The notes under the pieces: generated by a model | The model's input: only the letters and a program-made list of their open reading frames with translations | The model's database searches: none | Told to the model about the DNA's origin: nothing | Part shown: positions 16,634 to 20,000 of the stretch, piece by piece | Layout: the number at the start of each line of letters is the position of its first letter | Position numbering within the stretch: the first letter of the stretch is position 1 | Virus record (IMG/VR): IMGVR_UViG_3300042868_010802 | Length of the DNA: 20,000 bases | Reading direction: 5' to 3' (one strand) | From: an uncultured virus (IMG/VR IMGVR_UViG_3300042868_010802) | Taxonomy: Duplodnaviria > Heunggongvirae > Uroviricota > Caudoviricetes | Translations under genes and position numbers: made by a program

Positions 16634-16639
16634 TATTTA
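16634..16639 (-). promoter_or_regulatory. TAAATA late-promoter-like motif heading the curli module
   Basis: GTAAATAC about 35 nt upstream of the csgF start and downstream of the ahpD terminator. No consensus sigma70 pair seen here. Confidence 0.55.
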
Positions 16640-16679
16640 CAAAAACGGACTGTAAAACTTATCTATCCATATTATGAGT

Positions 16680-16708
16680 CCATAAATAAAGGCCCCAAAG
16701 GGCCTTTA
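16680..16708 (-). terminator. Rho-independent terminator after ahpD
   Basis: Minus strand TAAAGGCCC-TTTG-GGGCCTTTA followed by TTTAT. Confidence 0.8.
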
Positions 16709-16732
16709 AATCTTGTCCAATTTGAGCAAAGT

Positions 16733-17239
16733 TCAGCTGTTGAGCACCTTGGCTACACTGTTCATCACTGCGGCAATGCGTCCAATGTCACGAAGCTGTT
16801 CCACGGTATAGCCTTCTGTCTTCAATGTCTCGTAATGTGCCTTAACACAGAAGTGACACTTGCCAACGATGCTGGCAGCAAGACTGAACGCTTCAAAGTT
16901 TGCTTTAGTAGTTCCACCATGTGACGCAATAGCGTTCATACGTAACTGAGCTGGTAATCCTTTAAGAGCTGGATCGTCTGCCATTTCAACATACGGATAC
17001 CATACATTGTTTTGTGCCATGATTGACGCAGCCGTCATCGCTGACTCTGCGTGTACAGGATTGTCTGCCAACAACACCGCAAGCACCTTGCCGTTGCCTG
17101 TTGCGGCCATTGCGGCCACAGCACACCCCATAGCTACATCTATGTCTAATGTGCTACGAAGCAGTACAGCATCCAGATTTAATTTTGTATCTTTGGCGTA
17201 GTCTGGCAACGCTCGTTTTGCTGTTTCGATAAAACTCAT
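16733..17239 (-). CDS. ahpD: Alkyl hydroperoxide reductase AhpD (CMD family)
   Basis: Start re-called at ATG 17239 (ATGA overlap), giving 168 aa. Motifs LPDYAKDTKLNL, MAQNNVWY, LRMNAI and FEAFSLAASIVGKCHFCVKAH (CxxC + His). Confidence 0.93.
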   Translation of the reverse strand: MSFIETAKRALPDYAKDTKLNLDAVLLRSTLDIDVAMGCAVAAMAATGNGKVLAVLLADNPVHAESAMTAASIMAQNNVWYPYVEMADDPALKGLPAQLRMNAIASHGGTTKANFEAFSLAASIVGKCHFCVKAHYETLKTEGYTVEQLRDIGRIAAVMNSVAKVLNS

Positions 17240-17868
17240 TTTCTTTCCTCTATTGAATAAAACCAATCATCTCCTGCTGACCACTTGCGTGTGCCATCCA
17301 CTGTGAATATGGTCTGTGCAGCTTTGAAGTCTGGAAACTTAACATTACCAGAAATCAAACTTTGATCGTACCACAAGCATCGGTTGTTAGGCTGACAAGC
17401 AAACTGTCCGTTTTCCAATCGAATAAAGTTAAACGATTTGTGTTCTTCTGCAACTTCAGTGAAGCCTGTGTCCACATCCATACCGTCAGCACAAAAGTCC
17501 ACAGTGAACAAATAAATTCCGTAGTGCCATTCTTTATCTTTGCCTAGAAACTTAACACCTAGATTACGCAGACCTATTTTTTCAACAATGGTAAAACGAT
17601 AACCCATGCAGTCCCAAAGCTGTAGTGTATCAATTGGCAAACAATTGCCATGGTTCTCTTTCCACACATAGGCATGTATAGGAAGTTTGTCATACAATGC
17701 TCCGTAGTTGGGTAACAATGACTCAATGCGAAACACCTGTCCACGCAGTGCTTTGAGACTGACCCAGATAGCAGGTTCTAGTTCCCCGTGCCCTTGTTCA
17801 AAGTTGTAGAGAAATTCTCGTTTGACAAAACATTTGATTGGTGGCAGAGACCCCACAATATAGCTCAT
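17236..17868 (-). CDS. Hypothetical phage protein
   Basis: 210 aa, ATGA-coupled at both ends. Motifs YGALYDKLPIHA, LQLWDC, YLFTVD, EHKSFN and GQFACQPNNR. Function not recognised. Confidence 0.8.
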   Translation of the reverse strand: MSYIVGSLPPIKCFVKREFLYNFEQGHGELEPAIWVSLKALRGQVFRIESLLPNYGALYDKLPIHAYVWKENHGNCLPIDTLQLWDCMGYRFTIVEKIGLRNLGVKFLGKDKEWHYGIYLFTVDFCADGMDVDTGFTEVAEEHKSFNFIRLENGQFACQPNNRCLWYDQSLISGNVKFPDFKAAQTIFTVDGTRKWSAGDDWFYSIEERK

Positions 17869-18278
17869 CGTGTCTGTTCTCCTAAAATTTTGTATCCTCG
17901 ACCTGTGGGATGAACGCCATCGGCGCTCATGTGACCTTGGGGCCTAGACAACACCGTGTCACCGTATTCAGTGGCAATACGGATAATAGCGTCATGTGGT
18001 ACTGGCTTTCGATCCTTTCCTGGGTCGATCCAGAACACCCGCTCGCCTTTGATAGCCTCACGCATCTTTCTTAGTTCACGCTCAGTCTTTACACCAGCGT
18101 GATCATTTGCACCCAGACTGATGATTACAGTCTTAGCAGGTTGAGCAGCAGCCTTAGACAAGTAGTCCTTGTTCCATTGCCAACTATTCCATCCTCCTTT
18201 TGCATAGGATACACACTCTTTACGAGCTATTGATGTACCAACAGCAATGCTATCACCTATAATCATACAGTCTAGCAT
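17865..18278 (-). CDS. Minimal SGNH/GDSL hydrolase
   Basis: 137 aa with block I GDSI, block III SLGAND and block V DGVHP. Confidence 0.88.
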   Translation of the reverse strand: MLDCMIIGDSIAVGTSIARKECVSYAKGGWNSWQWNKDYLSKAAAQPAKTVIISLGANDHAGVKTERELRKMREAIKGERVFWIDPGKDRKPVPHDAIIRIATEYGDTVLSRPQGHMSADGVHPTGRGYKILGEQTR

Positions 18279-18287
18279 GGAATCACC

Positions 18288-18845
18288 TTACAGTGTTTCA
18301 CCGCCAACTGTGCGGTTACATGCACACAGTTCGCCTGTTTGTAGCGCATCCAATACACGAAGTGTTTCTTCTGGACTACGACCCACGTTCAAGTTGTTGA
18401 CTGTGACGTGTTGGATAACGTTGTCCGGGTCGACAATAAATGTTGCACGAAGTGCGGCACCAGCTGGTGCATAGAACACGCCCAGTTGTTCTATTAGGCT
18501 AAGATTCTCATAAGTTTCGTTATTGTATCGTTGTGTGTCAGCAAACTGAGTGTGACGAATATTCTTTAGATCTGGATGTGCATTTTGCCATGCCACTTTA
18601 CAAAACTCATTGTCTGTTGAACCGGTGAGCAATACTGCATCTCGGTCGTCAAAGTCTGCTGCCAACTTGTCATAGGCCACAATCTCTGTAGGGCAAACGA
18701 ATGTAAAGTCCTTTGGGTAGTAAACGATTACTTTCCACTTGCCTGGAAAGCTCTCATCTGTAATTGTAAAAAACGCATCTTCTGGCTGACCAAACTTTAC
18801 GCCTGTGACTGCAAATGCTGTTAATTTATCTCCAACTGTTTTCAT
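18288..18845 (-). CDS. ahpC: Peroxiredoxin AhpC (AhpD-partnered type)
   Basis: Start re-called at ATG 18845 (AAGGA SD), giving 185 aa. YPKDFTFVCPTE peroxidatic motif, RATFIVDP, VGRS and C-terminal GELCACN. Confidence 0.95.
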   Translation of the reverse strand: MKTVGDKLTAFAVTGVKFGQPEDAFFTITDESFPGKWKVIVYYPKDFTFVCPTEIVAYDKLAADFDDRDAVLLTGSTDNEFCKVAWQNAHPDLKNIRHTQFADTQRYNNETYENLSLIEQLGVFYAPAGAALRATFIVDPDNVIQHVTVNNLNVGRSPEETLRVLDALQTGELCACNRTVGGETL

Positions 18846-18883
18846 CTGAATTTCCTTTAATATAAAATGAATGCTAATGTTCA

Positions 18884-18912
18884 ATTGTACAGGAATGCAG
18901 AAGATAACACAA
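18884..18912 (-). promoter_or_regulatory. Possible sigma70-type promoter for the ahpC operon
   Basis: TTGTGT (18912-18907), 17 nt, TACAAT (18889-18884). Confidence 0.5.
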
Positions 18913-18922
18913 TACAAAAGGG

Positions 18923-19168
18923 CTAAAATTCTTTTAGTCGTTTAATATCTCGATGCCGAACAACCAATACATGATGATTGTACCCATCAATTCGAATTGG
19001 CAGGTCCAAATGGATAGTAATCCTGGGTCCGTCTATTAGGTTTATCACTGTGTCGTTGCCCACTGATCCAATAAAAGGAACCTGGTTCCAGTGACCAAAC
19101 ACACGGTCACCTATGTGATATACCGGCTGGTAGCCGATGCGATTAAAATAGTCAGATTGATTTCCCAT
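18923..19168 (-). CDS. Small hypothetical protein (81 aa, possibly an SH3/KOW-like beta barrel)
   Basis: Start re-called at ATG 19168 with AAGGA SD. YHIGDRVFGHWNQVPFIGSVGND motif. Confidence 0.75.
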   Translation of the reverse strand: MGNQSDYFNRIGYQPVYHIGDRVFGHWNQVPFIGSVGNDTVINLIDGPRITIHLDLPIRIDGYNHHVLVVRHRDIKRLKEF

Positions 19169-19182
19169 ACAATTCCTTTTAT

Positions 19183-20000
19183 TTAAAACACGTTGGTTGT
19201 TGGAAACGCTGCACCTGTCCTGAAAACAATTCTGACAGCACCTGGTGCGCCGTTGGTTCCGTTGCCAACGTTGCTGCACGAACCACCACCTCCACCACCT
19301 GGGCTTCCAGCACTGCCGCCGTCCCTTGCTGGACCAAGTCCGGTAATTGTAGAACTTGCTCCCGAGCTTCCTCCGCTGCCTGATCTTCCGCCGTAACTGG
19401 TAGTTGAAGTTGTATTTGAAACAGGAGTTTCTGTTGCTTGACCAGTGCTGCCTTGTCCAAATAAGCCGGTACCGCCGCCAGCACCAGCACCAACCAAGTT
19501 AGATAAAGAATTTCTAGATCCTGAACTACCACCCCCAGCACCACCGCTGTTGGATGATGCAGCACTACCAGGGCTAGCAGAGTTTGTACCACCAGAACCT
19601 CCAGTACCACCGTTGCCTGAATATCCACCGGCACCACCGCCACCGCCTGATCTCAATGAATTGGACCCGTTGCCACCAGCACCACCATTGCCACCGCCGT
19701 CGCCCACATAAGTACCCCCAAGACCGCCTGAAAAAGTACCACCTCTGCCGCCACGACCTGATACCAATGATGACGATATAAAAAACGAATCCCCGCCAGC
19801 GCTGCCTGCGCCGCCATTTACTGTTGCGCCGCTGCCACCACTGCCAACAACCACCATGTAACTATTACCCGGTGTAACAGATATATTGTTTTGCCAGGCC
19901 AGGCCGCCACCTCCACCACCTCCACCGTCTCGATATGATGCTAAAGGATTTGATGCTCTTCCGCCCCCACCTCCACCACCTACACAAACAACTGCTACTG
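19183..20000 (-). CDS. Glycine-rich tail/fibre-associated protein, 5' truncated by the window edge
   Basis: The frame stays open beyond 19857 to the window end: VAVVCVGGGGGGG...GGGGGLAWQNNISVTPGNSYMVVVGSGG...GAPGAVRIVF, typical of phage Gly-rich domains. Confidence 0.85.
   Translation of the reverse strand, partial: VAVVCVGGGGGGGRASNPLASYRDGGGGGGGGLAWQNNISVTPGNSYMVVVGSGGSGATVNGGAGSAGGDSFFISSSLVSGRGGRGGTFSGGLGGTYVGDGGGNGGAGGNGSNSLRSGGGGGAGGYSGNGGTGGSGGTNSASPGSAASSNSGGAGGGSSGSRNSLSNLVGAGAGGGTGLFGQGSTGQATETPVSNTTSTTSYGGRSGSGGSSGASSTITGLGPARDGGSAGSPGGGGGGSCSNVGNGTNGAPGAVRIVFRTGAAFPTTNVF

Noticed and set aside
16625..16924. 99-aa plus-strand ORF
   Set aside because: Crosses a terminator and is antisense to ahpD, with no SD.
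18846..18917. Longer 209-aa start for ahpC (and similar 5' extensions of ahpD and the 118-aa ORF)
   Set aside because: Better starts with an SD or ATGA coupling lie downstream at 18845, 17239 and 19168.
19179..19781. Alternate-frame and antisense Pro- or Val-rich ORFs
   Set aside because: By-products of glycine codon runs in the Gly-rich gene.
1..20000. CRISPR arrays, tRNAs, introns/inteins, transposons, DGR repeats
   Set aside because: Intergenic gaps are short (about 130 nt or less) and are explained by promoters and terminators. No spaced repeats, cloverleafs, reverse transcriptase, transposase or intein motifs were seen by eye, and no covariance search was run.

Overview
This 20 kb window looks like part of a large T4-like/jumbo tailed phage genome. 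It is gene-dense and mostly on the minus strand, has ATGA/TAATG overlaps, and carries both consensus sigma70 early promoters and TAAATA late-type motifs. The host is probably a Gram-negative aquatic bacterium (inference). Left (1-6.8 kb): virion-type genes, namely an S8 subtilase, a collagen-repeat tail fibre and an Ig-like baseplate/tail protein. Middle (6.9-8.7 kb): a stand-alone early gene, a plus-strand four-gene operon (two paralogous GFPI-motif membrane proteins flanking an AbrB-like ORF and a 49-aa ORF), and a DUF3307 membrane protein. Centre (8.8-16.6 kb): a co-oriented curli/type VIII secretion plus signalling module, csgF - csgG - curlin-like subunit (split by a frameshift at about 14759) - periplasmic FecR-domain protein - lectin/curlin fusion - small secreted protein - CHASE2 class III nucleotidyl cyclase - 44-aa ORF. 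Right (16.7-20 kb): an ahpC...ahpD redox operon split by two inserted genes, a small hypothetical gene, and a truncated glycine-rich tail-type protein. The best candidate for a new system is the phage-encoded link from a curli pore to a cyclase across the cell envelope. All family assignments come from motif recognition by eye, not database searches.
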